Shown here: positions 1 through 9,396 of the stretch, in pieces | Numbering within the stretch: the stretch's first letter is position 1 | How the letters are laid out: each line of letters starts with the position of its first letter | Origin: an uncultured delta proteobacterium | Lineage (GTDB): Bacteria; Myxococcota_A; Polyangia; Polyangiales; Polyangiaceae | Assembly (NCBI GenBank): GCA_963806225.1 | Contig: CAWDXG010000004.1 | Location: 4,384,001 to 4,448,000, forward strand | Length of the DNA: 64,000 nucleotides | Direction of reading: 5' to 3' | Program-made: the position numbers and the translations under genes | The notes under the pieces: model-generated | What the model saw: the letters and a program-made list of their open reading frames with translations, nothing else | Database searches by the model: none | Told to the model about the DNA's origin: nothing

Positions 1-98
1 CGCTCGCGCAGGAGCTCGCGTAGCCACGTAGGACGAGCGACCTCGAAAGGAGCGGCCGCATGCGTCGAGCATGAGCGCGGCGGGGAGCGGAGGCAACG

Positions 99-872
99 CT
101 AGTCGGCGTCGCGAACCCGCGCCCAGGCGAGCGCAGCGACGTACTCGACCGGCCGCACTCCGCCGTGGCGATCCACGATCGCGCGCAGGGCGGCGAGCAG
201 CGACTCGAGTTGGGCGGGAGGCAGCATGCGGTGGTCGGACTGGGTGCGGAGCAGCGACAGGTAGTCGTCGGTGCCGTAGGCGCGCTGCCAGGGATATTCG
301 CGGCTCTCTGCCGGCTCGAACAGGCCCGGACCGTCGAGGAGTTCGCACAGGTTGTCGCTGGAGTTGTACGCCGTCCGGTTGTGCGCCATGTCCGGCGCGT
401 GGCGGGCATACGCCTCGCGGATTTCCCTATGGAGCCGCGTGTCGTTGTCCACCTGTGGGCGATTGCCGAAGATCGCGAGCGTGCCGCCCGGCGCGAGCGC
501 GTGCGCGCACTTGCCGAACGCGAGCCGCGGATCGACCCAGTGGAACGACTGCGCTGCGAACACCAGATCGAACGCCGCTCGCTCGAGCGGCCACTGTTCG
601 AAGGTGGTAACCTCGACGCGCGCCGCGTCGCCGAGCCGGCGCCGCGCCAGCTCGGCGAGATGCACACCGGGCTCCAGGCAGAGCATGTCGTAGCCGCGCC
701 CCGCGAGAAGCACGCTCGCGTTGCCGGGTCCGGAGCCGATCTCGAGGACCCGCGATCCCTCGTGCAGCCCGGCTCCCCTCACCAGATCCTCGACCAGCTC
801 GGCCGGGTACGAAGGCCGCACCCGCGCGTACTCGTCCGCCACCTCGTCGAAGACGAATCGCTGCTCCCGCAC
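99..872 (-). CDS. Class I SAM-dependent methyltransferase
   Basis: VLEIGSGPG motif I, FDLVFAAQSFHW motif, N-terminal FDEVADEYARVRPSYP typical of Methyltransf_11/25 family. Confidence 0.9.
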   Translation of the reverse strand: MREQRFVFDEVADEYARVRPSYPAELVEDLVRGAGLHEGSRVLEIGSGPGNASVLLAGRGYDMLCLEPGVHLAELARRRLGDAARVEVTTFEQWPLERAAFDLVFAAQSFHWVDPRLAFGKCAHALAPGGTLAIFGNRPQVDNDTRLHREIREAYARHAPDMAHNRTAYNSSDNLCELLDGPGLFEPAESREYPWQRAYGTDDYLSLLRTQSDHRMLPPAQLESLLAALRAIVDRHGGVRPVEYVAALAWARVRDAD

Positions 873-907
873 CGCGAGAACCTTGACCCGCTGGTCCCGG
901 TTTGATA

Positions 908-923
908 CTGAACAGATACACAG
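908..923. promoter_or_regulatory. Putative LexA (SOS) box
   Basis: CTGAACAGATACACAG = CTG-N10-CAG; reverse complement CTGTGTATCTGTTCAG matches 14/16 of the Myxococcus-type LexA consensus CTRHAMRYBYGTTCAG as I recall it; abuts TTGATA (-35-like, 902-907) in an AT-rich gap. Confidence 0.55.
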
Positions 924-941
924 TCATCAAGGAAACCAGCC

Positions 942-1415
942 ATGCCTACCAATTCTCCAATAAATCCAGGCATCTACAGCCTGCTCGAGCTCTTCCGGGG
1001 GAAGCTCGAGGGGGTGCGCTTTCCGGACATCGACCGGGAGGTGCTCGAGGGTCTGGCCGCCGAGGTCACCACCCAGCAGGCGCGGCTCGACCTGCTGCGC
1101 GCCGATGTCGCCGCCGCCGAGCAACTGCTCGCAGCCGCACAGTCCGTGCTGCTCGACCGCGCGAGGGAAGCGCTCGCCTACGCTCGCCTGTACGCCGAGC
1201 GTCACCCCGAGCTCGCCGAACAGCTCGACGCTATCCGGCTGGACGCGCGCGCCAAGCGAGGCCCGAAACCGCACAAGCGCCGCGCGGCGAAGCCAAGCCT
1301 GGCCGACGCCGGAGCGGGCGACACGCCACAGGGTGCGACCGACGCGGACAATGCGTCGCCGCGCCGGACGCGTCGCGCCGTCGCCGGCCCTGCCGAGCTC
1401 GAAGCGGTCGGCTGA
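942..1415 (+). CDS. Hypothetical protein (helical/coiled-coil N-half, basic low-complexity tail)
   Basis: AAGGA RBS before ATG; natural codon usage; no family recognised. Confidence 0.75.
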   Translation: MPTNSPINPGIYSLLELFRGKLEGVRFPDIDREVLEGLAAEVTTQQARLDLLRADVAAAEQLLAAAQSVLLDRAREALAYARLYAERHPELAEQLDAIRLDARAKRGPKPHKRRAAKPSLADAGAGDTPQGATDADNASPRRTRRAVAGPAELEAVG

Positions 1416-1559
1416 GCCGCCGGCGCGCCGCGCCCGGACGTGACGGGAGGTCGCATCCCCGCCGTGGCGCGGCCGCCAGGACCCCCGGAAAACGGCAAGG
1501 GCCGTGGCTTCGGACTGGCGCGGTGGTCCGGCGGGCGGTGGTGATGTAGACCGCGGAGC

Positions 1560-2735
1560 ATGGCGATGCGGGCTGTGGTTCTGGGTGCGGGGCGGATGGG
1601 TCGGGCTGCGGCGTGGGATCTGGCGCGGCAGCCCGGTGTGGGCGCGGTGAAGCTGGTCGATCACGACGGCGACGCGCTGGCCAACTCCGCGCGCGAGCTG
1701 GAACGCCTGCTGACGGGTACCACGGGCGGCGGCGCGGCGCGCATCGAGACCGCGCGCGGCGATCTCGACGACACGGCGAGCCTGCCGGCGATGATGGAAG
1801 GCTCTGACGTTGTACTATCGAGCGCGGACTACCGCTTCAACGAGGCGCTGACCCGCGCGGCGATCGAGGCGGGCGTCCACCTGTGTGACCTGGGCGGCAA
1901 CCTGTTCGTTGTAGAGCGCCAGATCGCCCTGAGCGAAGCGGCCGAGAAGCGCGGCATCACGGTGATCCCCGACTGCGGGCTGGCGCCGGGTATGGCGGGG
2001 TTGTTTGCGGCGTGGGGCGTGGAGCGGATGCAGTCGGTGGACAGCGTGAAGCTGCGCGTCGGCGGATTGCCGGCCCATCCCAAGCCGCCGCTCGGCTACA
2101 AGCTGGTGTTCAGCGTGCGCGGGCTCACGAACGAATACCTGGAGCCGGCCGACGTGCTGCACGACGGAAAGCCCGCGCGGGTCGCGTCGTTGACGGACGT
2201 GGAGGAACTGGAGTTTCCCTATCCGTTCGGCAAGCTCGAGGCGTTCAACACCTCGGGCGGCTCGTCGACGCTGCCGCGCAGCTTCGCAGGGAAGGTGCGC
2301 GAGCTCGACTACAAGACGATCCGCTACCCGGGACACGTCGCGGCGTTTGCGGGCATGCAGCAGATCGGGCTGCTCTCCGAGGAGCCGGTGGACGCGGTGG
2401 TGCCGCGCGTCTTCACCGAGAAGCTGCTGGAGCGCGCCCTGACCGATGACGACACGGACGTGGTGCTGATGCGGGTCACGGTGAGCGGCACGCGTGACGG
2501 CGAGCGCGGCACTCTCGTGTTCGAGCTCATCGATCACCACGACGCCAAGACCGGTCACTCGGCGATGGCGCGCACGACCGCCTACTCCGCCGCGGCCGTC
2601 GCGTACATGCTGGCGGCCGGCGCGGTCGAGAAGCGCGGCGTGTTGCCCGGCGAGCTCGCCGTTCCGCTCGGCTCCTTCGCCGGAGCCGTCCGTGCCCGCG
2701 GCCTCGACGTGAAGGAACACTGGGAGCCCGCGTGA
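1560..2735 (+). CDS. Saccharopine dehydrogenase / lysine 6-dehydrogenase family oxidoreductase
   Basis: VLGAGRMG Rossmann motif, DLGGN, PDCGLAPG, VGGLP, YKTIRYPGH, SAMARTT. Confidence 0.9.
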   Translation: MAMRAVVLGAGRMGRAAAWDLARQPGVGAVKLVDHDGDALANSARELERLLTGTTGGGAARIETARGDLDDTASLPAMMEGSDVVLSSADYRFNEALTRAAIEAGVHLCDLGGNLFVVERQIALSEAAEKRGITVIPDCGLAPGMAGLFAAWGVERMQSVDSVKLRVGGLPAHPKPPLGYKLVFSVRGLTNEYLEPADVLHDGKPARVASLTDVEELEFPYPFGKLEAFNTSGGSSTLPRSFAGKVRELDYKTIRYPGHVAAFAGMQQIGLLSEEPVDAVVPRVFTEKLLERALTDDDTDVVLMRVTVSGTRDGERGTLVFELIDHHDAKTGHSAMARTTAYSAAAVAYMLAAGAVEKRGVLPGELAVPLGSFAGAVRARGLDVKEHWEPA

Positions 2736-3664
2736 AGCGGGCGGCGCTGCTCGCCGTTGCACTTGTTGCAGGCTGCGCTCCGGGAGCGGGAGCGCTCAGC
2801 GTCAAGAGCGCGACAACTCCGCAGACCGCCGCTACCCGAGGAAATCCCAACCGAGGCCCTGCAGAGGGGGGGCCCCGCGAAGTGGGGGCCTCGCTTCGCA
2901 AAGAAGCCCCTGCCGTCCGCAGCGATTGTCCCAAAGACATGGTGCTGCTCCATCGCGTCGAGGGCGCGTACTGCATCGATCGCTACGAAGCGTCGATCAT
3001 GAAGCGTGACGCGGACGGTACGGAACACCTTTGGCCCAGCAACAAGCCCGTCGACGGCATCGAGGACGAGGTGCGCGCGGTGAGCGTTCCGGGGCGACTG
3101 CCGCAGGGCTACATCTCGGGCAAACAGGCGGCCAAGGCGTGCGCGCACTCGGGCAAGCGGCTGTGCGAAATCGACGAGTGGGTGCTGGCCTGCCGCGGGC
3201 CGAAACTGCAGACCTATCCGTATGGAAACGTCCGCAAGCCGAACGTGTGCAACGACCGCTACAAGGTGCTCGACCACCACCCGGTGGCGCGGCTGTTCCG
3301 GAAGTATGCGCCGCCGGGCACGCCCGCGGCGGACAAGTGGCTACCCAGCTGGATGAACGACCCGCGCCTGTTCGAGATGAGCCACAGCGTCAAGCCGGCG
3401 GGCGCCATGAAGCAGTGTACGAACGCCTATGGCGTGTACGACATGGTCGGCAACCTGCACGAGTGGGTGGACGACGCGGACGGCACGTTCTTCGGTGGCT
3501 TCTTCATGGATACCTTCCAGAACGGCCAGGGCTGCGAGTACCGCACCACCGGGCACCCCTTCGACTACCACGACTACTCGACCGGCTTCCGCTGCTGCGC
3601 GGACCCGCGCACAGCGCCGGCGGACAGCGCGGGTGACTCGCCGGAGAGCTCGCACGGCGGCTGA
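2732..3664 (+). CDS. FGE-sulfatase (SUMF1/EgtB/PvdO) domain lipoprotein
   Basis: Lipobox VAGC; CIDRYEAS, GKRLC..DEW, YDMVGNLHEW, GFRCC; GTGA overlap with previous gene. Confidence 0.85.
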   Translation: MKRAALLAVALVAGCAPGAGALSVKSATTPQTAATRGNPNRGPAEGGPREVGASLRKEAPAVRSDCPKDMVLLHRVEGAYCIDRYEASIMKRDADGTEHLWPSNKPVDGIEDEVRAVSVPGRLPQGYISGKQAAKACAHSGKRLCEIDEWVLACRGPKLQTYPYGNVRKPNVCNDRYKVLDHHPVARLFRKYAPPGTPAADKWLPSWMNDPRLFEMSHSVKPAGAMKQCTNAYGVYDMVGNLHEWVDDADGTFFGGFFMDTFQNGQGCEYRTTGHPFDYHDYSTGFRCCADPRTAPADSAGDSPESSHGG

Positions 3665-3712
3665 ACCCTCGCGGCGCCGGGCGGCTCCAACACAGTGAAA
3701 GGAGATCCGCCA

Positions 3713-3937
3713 ATGTCGAGGTTCTTCCCGCACAACGAGCACGCGATCGAACGCGCGCTGCGCGTCGTCATCGGGCTGGTGCTGCTGTCTCTGGTCTTCA
3801 TCGGGCCGCAGACGCTCTGGGGTCTGCTGGGATTGGTGCCGCTCTTGACCGGCCTTGCGGGGACCTGCCCGCTCTACACCCTGTTCGGGTGGAGCACGTC
3901 GTCGGTGAAGCCCAGTCAGCACGCGCCACAGGCCTGA
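3713..3937 (+). CDS. DUF2892 (YgaP-like) small membrane protein
   Basis: NE..IERALRVVIG ... GLVPLLTGL.G.CPLY.LFG.ST pattern; AAAGGAG RBS. Confidence 0.85.
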   Translation: MSRFFPHNEHAIERALRVVIGLVLLSLVFIGPQTLWGLLGLVPLLTGLAGTCPLYTLFGWSTSSVKPSQHAPQA

Positions 3938-3940
3938 TCC

Positions 3941-4074
3941 GTGGCAAAATGCCACGAATCCTGCGAAGTAGACGCGCGAAATTGTAGCAAAATGTCTCAC
4001 TCTCACCCCGGGGCGCGGTTGGCAGATTGTCACGCGCCTTGGCCGGGTTGCTGTACGACCTGACACATTGTCAT
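3941..4074. promoter_or_regulatory. Four 15-bp palindromes (consensus GTGGCA-N3-TGCCAC), likely enhancer-binding-protein sites
   Basis: GTGGCAAAATGCCAC 3941, GTAGCAAAATGTCTC 3984, TTGGCAGATTGTCAC 4019, CTGACACATTGTCAT 4060; all lie upstream of a sigma54 motif. Confidence 0.6.
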
Positions 4075-4116
4075 GCCGGGGCTCCGGCGGATCGCGGTCG
4101 CGCGGGAAATCCCGCA

Positions 4117-4132
4117 TGGCACGGGATTCGCT
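4117..4132 (+). promoter_or_regulatory. Sigma54 (-24/-12) promoter
   Basis: TGGCACG-GGAT-TCGCT, GG-N10-GC spacing, 15 nt before ATG 4147. Confidence 0.65.
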
Positions 4133-4146
4133 GACAGCCCTGGCGG

Positions 4147-5253
4147 ATGGATCTCGATCGCCTCATCCGCTACGGGAGCCTCGCCGCGTTGCCGGCGTTG
4201 GCCGCGGCGATCTGGCTACTGAGGAGCCCGGCGCCCGCGCCGCACGAGACCGCCACGCCAGCCTCGGCCTCGGTGCCCGTTCTGGGCGACGGACTGCCGC
4301 CGTTGCCGGCAGCCACGGGACAGCGGGCGGACCTCGTCGATGGACCGCGGCGCAGCGCGCCGCCCGTCGAGCGGCGCGCCCAGGCCGCGGCGGATCTTCC
4401 GCCGGCGCGCCCGGGTCCGGCTCCGGCCGTCACGTCCGCGCCGCACGCGAAGGCGAAACACCACCACGACGACTCCGACAGCTTCACCGAGGGGCCGTGC
4501 GGGAACGTGCGCGTGCGCCTGATCACGGCGAGCAAGGACCCGAAGTGGTCGTTTGCTTCGATCGCGACGGGGCCGGACAAGACCGCGCACATGCGCCGTG
4601 TCGGCGACCGGGTGGAAGGTTTCCGCGTGGCGAAGATCGACTGGGACCGCGTGTGGCTCGAGCGCGGCGGAGCGCGCTGCGCGGTCGGCATGCACGCGGG
4701 CGCGCGCCCCACCCGCGCGGATCCGGTGATGGCGCCTGTGGGCGGCAAGAACACCCTTCTGCCGGCGGACGACCCTGCGCCCGTGTGGCAGGTACCGGAC
4801 GTGATCGCCAGCGCCATCACGCAGGACTCCCCGACCGCGTATAGGATTGCGGAGAGCGCGCTGAAGCCGATCTTCGACGCGGCGGCGGATCTCCTGGCGG
4901 GAACGCGCATCGAGCCGCTGCGCAGGAACGAGCACGTTGTGGGCATCACGCTGAACGGCATCCCGGCCGATTCGCTGCTCGATCGCCTGGGCGTGCAGTC
5001 CGGCGACGTCGTGTTGGAGCTGAACGGCTCGCCCTGCACCACCTTCGACGGCGCGCTCCAGGCACTCGAAGCGGCGCGACAGAAGCGGCAGCTGGTCGCG
5101 CTGCTCGAACGGCAGGGCCAGCGCTTCGATCTCACGCTCGGCGTCGGCAGCGCGGCTCCACCGGATGCGCCGGCCATGGATTCACCCGGCGCCGCGGCGG
5201 CTGCCGTCCCCGGGACAGAGCCGCGCGACGAAGCTCCCGCCGTGATGCAGTAG
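4147..5253 (+). CDS. Type II secretion GspC-like protein with C-terminal PDZ domain
   Basis: N-terminal TM, Pro-rich linker, HR-like segment (WSFASI...RRVGDRV...IDWDRVWLE), PDZ (GITLNGIPADSLLDRLGVQSGDVVLELNG). Confidence 0.7.
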   Translation: MDLDRLIRYGSLAALPALAAAIWLLRSPAPAPHETATPASASVPVLGDGLPPLPAATGQRADLVDGPRRSAPPVERRAQAAADLPPARPGPAPAVTSAPHAKAKHHHDDSDSFTEGPCGNVRVRLITASKDPKWSFASIATGPDKTAHMRRVGDRVEGFRVAKIDWDRVWLERGGARCAVGMHAGARPTRADPVMAPVGGKNTLLPADDPAPVWQVPDVIASAITQDSPTAYRIAESALKPIFDAAADLLAGTRIEPLRRNEHVVGITLNGIPADSLLDRLGVQSGDVVLELNGSPCTTFDGALQALEAARQKRQLVALLERQGQRFDLTLGVGSAAPPDAPAMDSPGAAAAAVPGTEPRDEAPAVMQ

Positions 5254-5342
5254 GCGGCGACGACCGCCGCCCCTATTCGGTGCCGCCGTCGGTCGCGACC
5301 GGATCGGCGCTCTTCAAGCTGCCGCGCGTTGACGCTTGCCGG

Positions 5343-6494
5343 CTACTTCGGTGGGAGCTTGGGGATCGGCTCGCCGTAGGACTCGACCTGCTTCACCTCG
5401 CTGTCGAGCAGGGTCATGGCTGTCAGGTCGCCATTGGTCGGGTCCTTGCCGTTGCCGTTGAGCTGGACGAGCGCGACGGAGAAGCTGCCCTTGCCGACGA
5501 AGCGCCCCTTCTCTGTCTTCGATTCGACGAACTGGCCGTTGATGACCGTGGACTTGGCGTAGACCTCGATGTGGCCCGCCCCGACCTGGATGTCGATGTC
5601 GAAAGGCGCGGTGCCGAAGGCAATCGTGCCGTCGGGTTCATCCTTCGCGAAGCCTTCGGTCGAGAAGGTGTAGCCCTCCGGCAGGTTCGGATCCGGCAGG
5701 AAGTCGGGGAACTGGGTCAGGTCGCTCTGCTTGTCGGAGGGCACCACGCACGAGGGCAGGGCGCTGTTGAGCAGCTGGCAGATGGGCTTGTCCTTGGGGC
5801 AGCTCGACGGGCACCCGGGGCGAGTGTTCGTGAGCGTCTGTCGCGTGGCGGCAGTGAACTTGCCGCGCCAGATGCCTGTCTTGGGATCGACGTCCATGTC
5901 GGCGTACAGCCTGAGCTGCTGCGACAGGTACTGGACGTTCATGATGAAGTAGTAGTAGCCGCTCGGCAGCCGCGTCGGGCCGCCGCCCGTGAGCTTGTAG
6001 GTGAGCGGCATGCGGATGCGCACGGCGGTGGCGTGCCCGGCCAGGTCCTCGAGCCCCGGCTCGATGATCAAGAGATAGGGCACGCTGACGTTGAAGGTGC
6101 TGTTCGACGCGATGGTCAGCTTGGTGCCGTCCAGCTCCACTTTCGCGCCGTAGCTGAAGGTCTCGTCGTCAGGGTTCGCGCCATCGTAGGCAAAGACGAT
6201 GCTGTCCTTGAAGGCCTGCGCGTCCGGCGGGCTCTGTTCGTCGAGCAGATTGCCCTCGCCGTCGAGCGCGCCGGGAACCGCCAACGAGACGCACTTCACG
6301 CGGATGCTGGAAGCCTTCACCGGCTCGGACAGGTTCACGACCAGCGGCTCCCCGGGACCCTGCGACATCGTACCGTTCGTGTCGCCGACCAGTGTGGCGT
6401 CGGGAGCCGGGTCGAAGGTCTGGCAGGAGCTGGCGGGCAGCAGCACCAGGGCGGCGGCTGCGAAGAGCAGAATGCGGAGTGCGAAGGCCTTCAT
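5343..6494 (-). CDS. Lipoprotein with Ig-like (SbsA/Big_5-like) domain
   Basis: Signal peptide with lipobox ASSC; VNLSEPVK..S and IEPGLEDLAGH motifs; Cys-rich insert. Confidence 0.7.
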   Translation of the reverse strand: MKAFALRILLFAAAALVLLPASSCQTFDPAPDATLVGDTNGTMSQGPGEPLVVNLSEPVKASSIRVKCVSLAVPGALDGEGNLLDEQSPPDAQAFKDSIVFAYDGANPDDETFSYGAKVELDGTKLTIASNSTFNVSVPYLLIIEPGLEDLAGHATAVRIRMPLTYKLTGGGPTRLPSGYYYFIMNVQYLSQQLRLYADMDVDPKTGIWRGKFTAATRQTLTNTRPGCPSSCPKDKPICQLLNSALPSCVVPSDKQSDLTQFPDFLPDPNLPEGYTFSTEGFAKDEPDGTIAFGTAPFDIDIQVGAGHIEVYAKSTVINGQFVESKTEKGRFVGKGSFSVALVQLNGNGKDPTNGDLTAMTLLDSEVKQVESYGEPIPKLPPK

Positions 6495-6514
6495 GGTCGT
6501 CTCCTCCCCGGGAC

Positions 6515-8185
6515 TCAGAATACGAAGGTGGTCCGGCCCTGGACCATGCCGCTGCGCGCGGCCTGGCGGTTCTTGTTGTAGAACGCGTCGCCCGGGATCA
6601 ACAGAGCGCCCTCGAGGTCGAAGATGAAGTGATCAAGATAGCGCCAGGAGAAGCGTCCGTCGAACTCCGTCCCGTAGAAGGTGCCCGGCTTGCCGCCGTT
6701 GAAGTTCACCAGGTCGTCCTCGATGCTGTTGCCGTCCCTGAGGTAGAGGCTGCGCGTCGGGTCGACGACACCGGCGGGCGCCCAGGCCATCAGCACGCCG
6801 CCGCGGAAAAGAAGCTCCTTTTCGGGGTGGAAACCGAACTGTGGGAAGATGGCGATCGCGTTCGTGAACGAGCCTTCCGAGTCGACGCGCTCGGCCGGAA
6901 AGGTGTGGGCACCGATGCGCCTGAGCAGCTCCACGCCGGCCGCCGCCGAGCGCTGGCTGGCGAAGTGCAGCGTCCGCTCGAACATCAGGAGGCCCACGTT
7001 GTTGTCCTCGGCGAAGTAGAGCTGCGTGAGCGGAGTGCCGGGATTGGGGTTGTGGTCGCCGCTGGCGAAGTCGCTCTCGAAGTAGGCCGTCCAGGTCGGC
7101 TCGTCCCAGCGCACCACCGCGCGCGCTCCGAACTGCTGGACCTTCTGCCGCACGATGGGGTCACTGTTGATGAGGGAGAGCGCTTGGCTGACTTCCCTGG
7201 TTGCGCCCAGGATGCCGGCGCCCTCCACGCCCGCGGAGAGCTTGCCGAAGCGGCCGATGGCGCGCGCGGTCATGATGTTGATGTCGGTGTCGTACTTGGC
7301 CTCCCAGCGCTTGGAATACACGCCGAGGAGCTGCACCGACTGCTGGTGGACGGGATCCTGCTTCAGGTAGCGGACGCCGACGCCCCCACCTTGCGTGTCG
7401 TCCCCGAAGAGGTGCACCTGGTTGGTGGTGACGCGGTCATAGAAGGCGATCAGGAACAAACCGCGATTGCGCGAGGTGTCGCGCTGGTTCTTCGGTTTGA
7501 GGCCCTCGAGCGGTTTGGTGGCGAACAGGATGCGGTCGGAGCTGTCGCCCTCGTTGCTGTAGCCGAAACGATTGGGACGGCCGTCGCCGTCGGCGGCCAG
7601 GATCGACGTGCCCTCGATCGTGGGCTGGCGGCCGATGCGGAACATTCCCACCGGCGTCACGATTTCACCGTAGGCGCGGCGGATGTGTAGCGGCTTGCCC
7701 GGCACCAGGACGTAGCCGTAGTTCTGCGGGTCGAGCTCGTCGCCGTGCCCCTTGTAGGCCACGCCGATGGTCGCGTTGTTGGGGATCGACGCGGAGGCGT
7801 TCACGCCGCTGTTTGGTGACGGGCTGCCGCCGTAGATGCCGTTGTCGCCCCAGAGCGTGCCTTCCAGCCCGTCGATGGAGGTGACGATGCGGACCTTGTC
7901 CTCGTAGTCGATGGCGCCGTCGAGTCTGAGTCGATGCTCGATCCAGCTCGCGTTGCGGTTGCGCGTGCCGTTCAGATTGAGTGGGCGCACATACAACCAG
8001 TTCGCCCGGTACTCGGCGCCACCCCGGAAGCCGAAGTCACCGAGCTCGTACCGGTTGTGCGGACCCATGCCGTCGTAGTCCGACCACGGCTCGTAGGGGG
8101 GTTGCTCTGCCGATGCCCGCGTGCTCGTCAAATGTGCTGACATGCCCAGCAGAACGCCAAGCAGCAGCGCACGGAACCGCCTCAT
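6515..8185 (-). CDS. Outer-membrane beta-barrel protein (alginate-export-like)
   Basis: Signal peptide, IRRAYGE..TPVG.FRIGRQP, DFASGD, GTEFD, C-terminal beta-signal TTFVF. Confidence 0.75.
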   Translation of the reverse strand: MRRFRALLLGVLLGMSAHLTSTRASAEQPPYEPWSDYDGMGPHNRYELGDFGFRGGAEYRANWLYVRPLNLNGTRNRNASWIEHRLRLDGAIDYEDKVRIVTSIDGLEGTLWGDNGIYGGSPSPNSGVNASASIPNNATIGVAYKGHGDELDPQNYGYVLVPGKPLHIRRAYGEIVTPVGMFRIGRQPTIEGTSILAADGDGRPNRFGYSNEGDSSDRILFATKPLEGLKPKNQRDTSRNRGLFLIAFYDRVTTNQVHLFGDDTQGGGVGVRYLKQDPVHQQSVQLLGVYSKRWEAKYDTDINIMTARAIGRFGKLSAGVEGAGILGATREVSQALSLINSDPIVRQKVQQFGARAVVRWDEPTWTAYFESDFASGDHNPNPGTPLTQLYFAEDNNVGLLMFERTLHFASQRSAAAGVELLRRIGAHTFPAERVDSEGSFTNAIAIFPQFGFHPEKELLFRGGVLMAWAPAGVVDPTRSLYLRDGNSIEDDLVNFNGGKPGTFYGTEFDGRFSWRYLDHFIFDLEGALLIPGDAFYNKNRQAARSGMVQGRTTFVF

Positions 8186-8322
8186 GGCCGGGAACAGTAC
8201 AGGAAGCAGCGGCGCGAGAGAAGCGCCAATCGTCCCGTTTTGTAGCTGTTTCCGGGCGAGGCCCGGCGCCCTGGCGCGCGGCCCCGGGCACGGCGGGTCG
8301 ACCTGTTCTAGGATCGCCGGCA

Positions 8323-9306
8323 ATGCGAGCACTCGTCACCGGCGGCGCCGGATTCATCGGATCGAGCGTGGCGGATCGTCTGCTGTCGCTCGACTGGCAC
8401 GTCACGGTCGTCGACAACTTCGATCCGTACTACGACCCCGCACAGAAGCATCGCAACATCGCTAATGCGCTGCGTCACGACGCCTATCGTCTGATCGAGT
8501 GCGACGTGCGGGATGCCGCCGCTCTTGCTGCTGCCTTCGACGCCGCCCGGCCGGACGTCGTCGTGCATCTGGCGGCGCGGGCCGGTGTGCGGGCCAGCGT
8601 CGAGGACCCACTGAGCTACGTGCAGGTGAACGAGCTGGGCGGCCTGCACGTGCTCGCCGAGTGCAAGAGCCGCGGCAACGTGCCGGTCGTCTATTCGTCG
8701 ACCTCGAGCGTGTACGGCAACACGCGGCAGATCCCCTTCCGCGAGGACGACCCCGCAGCCGAACCGCTGACGCCGTACGCCGCGAGCAAGCGCGCCGGCG
8801 AGCTCATGGCCCACGCCTTCCACCACGTGTACGGGCTGCCCTCGGCGGTGTTGCGATTCTTCACGGTGTACGGCCCGCGCGGGCGTCCGGACATGGCTTT
8901 TGCCACTTTCAGCCGCGCACTGCTCCACGGCGAACGGATCCGCCTGCACGGCGAGGCCACCCGGCGCGACTTCACCTACGTCGACGACATCGTCGACGGC
9001 GTGCTCGGTGCGACAGAGTGGGTGCTGGACGGACGCGGCTTCGGGACGTTCAACCTCGGGCGGAGCGAGCCGGTCGTGGTGCGGAGGCTCATCGAGCTGC
9101 TCGGCGAAGCGCTGGGAGTCGAGCCTGAGGTCGATCTCGGCGAGTTGCAGGTCGGCGAGTCGGAAGTAACGGCTGCGGACGTGTCGCGCGCGGCGAAGGC
9201 GTTCGGCTACGCGCCTCGCGTTTCGCTCGAGGAGGGTGTACGGCGCTGGGTGGAGTGGATCGACCAGAGCGACGAGGCACCTGAAGAGCTCCAGAGAGGG
9301 CGCTGA
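8323..9306 (+). CDS. NAD-dependent epimerase (UDP-glucuronate 4-epimerase-like)
   Basis: LVTGGAGFIG, HLAARAGVR.S, SSTSSVYG, YAASK, LRFFTVYGPRGRPDMA. Confidence 0.92.
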   Translation: MRALVTGGAGFIGSSVADRLLSLDWHVTVVDNFDPYYDPAQKHRNIANALRHDAYRLIECDVRDAAALAAAFDAARPDVVVHLAARAGVRASVEDPLSYVQVNELGGLHVLAECKSRGNVPVVYSSTSSVYGNTRQIPFREDDPAAEPLTPYAASKRAGELMAHAFHHVYGLPSAVLRFFTVYGPRGRPDMAFATFSRALLHGERIRLHGEATRRDFTYVDDIVDGVLGATEWVLDGRGFGTFNLGRSEPVVVRRLIELLGEALGVEPEVDLGELQVGESEVTAADVSRAAKAFGYAPRVSLEEGVRRWVEWIDQSDEAPEELQRGR

Positions 9307-9323
9307 TCTCTGCCCTCGCTGCC

Positions 9324-9357
9324 CGTCACGCGCTTGACGTTCCCGAAGCGCGTGACG
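9324..9357. promoter_or_regulatory. 12-bp perfect inverted repeat overlapping putative glgE promoter
   Basis: CGTCACGCGCTT-N10-AAGCGCGTGACG; overlaps TTGACG-N17-GACACT (9334-9362). Confidence 0.45.
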
Positions 9358-9396
9358 ACACTGACCCGAGCGCGCGCGCCGTGCGGAAAGACGAAC

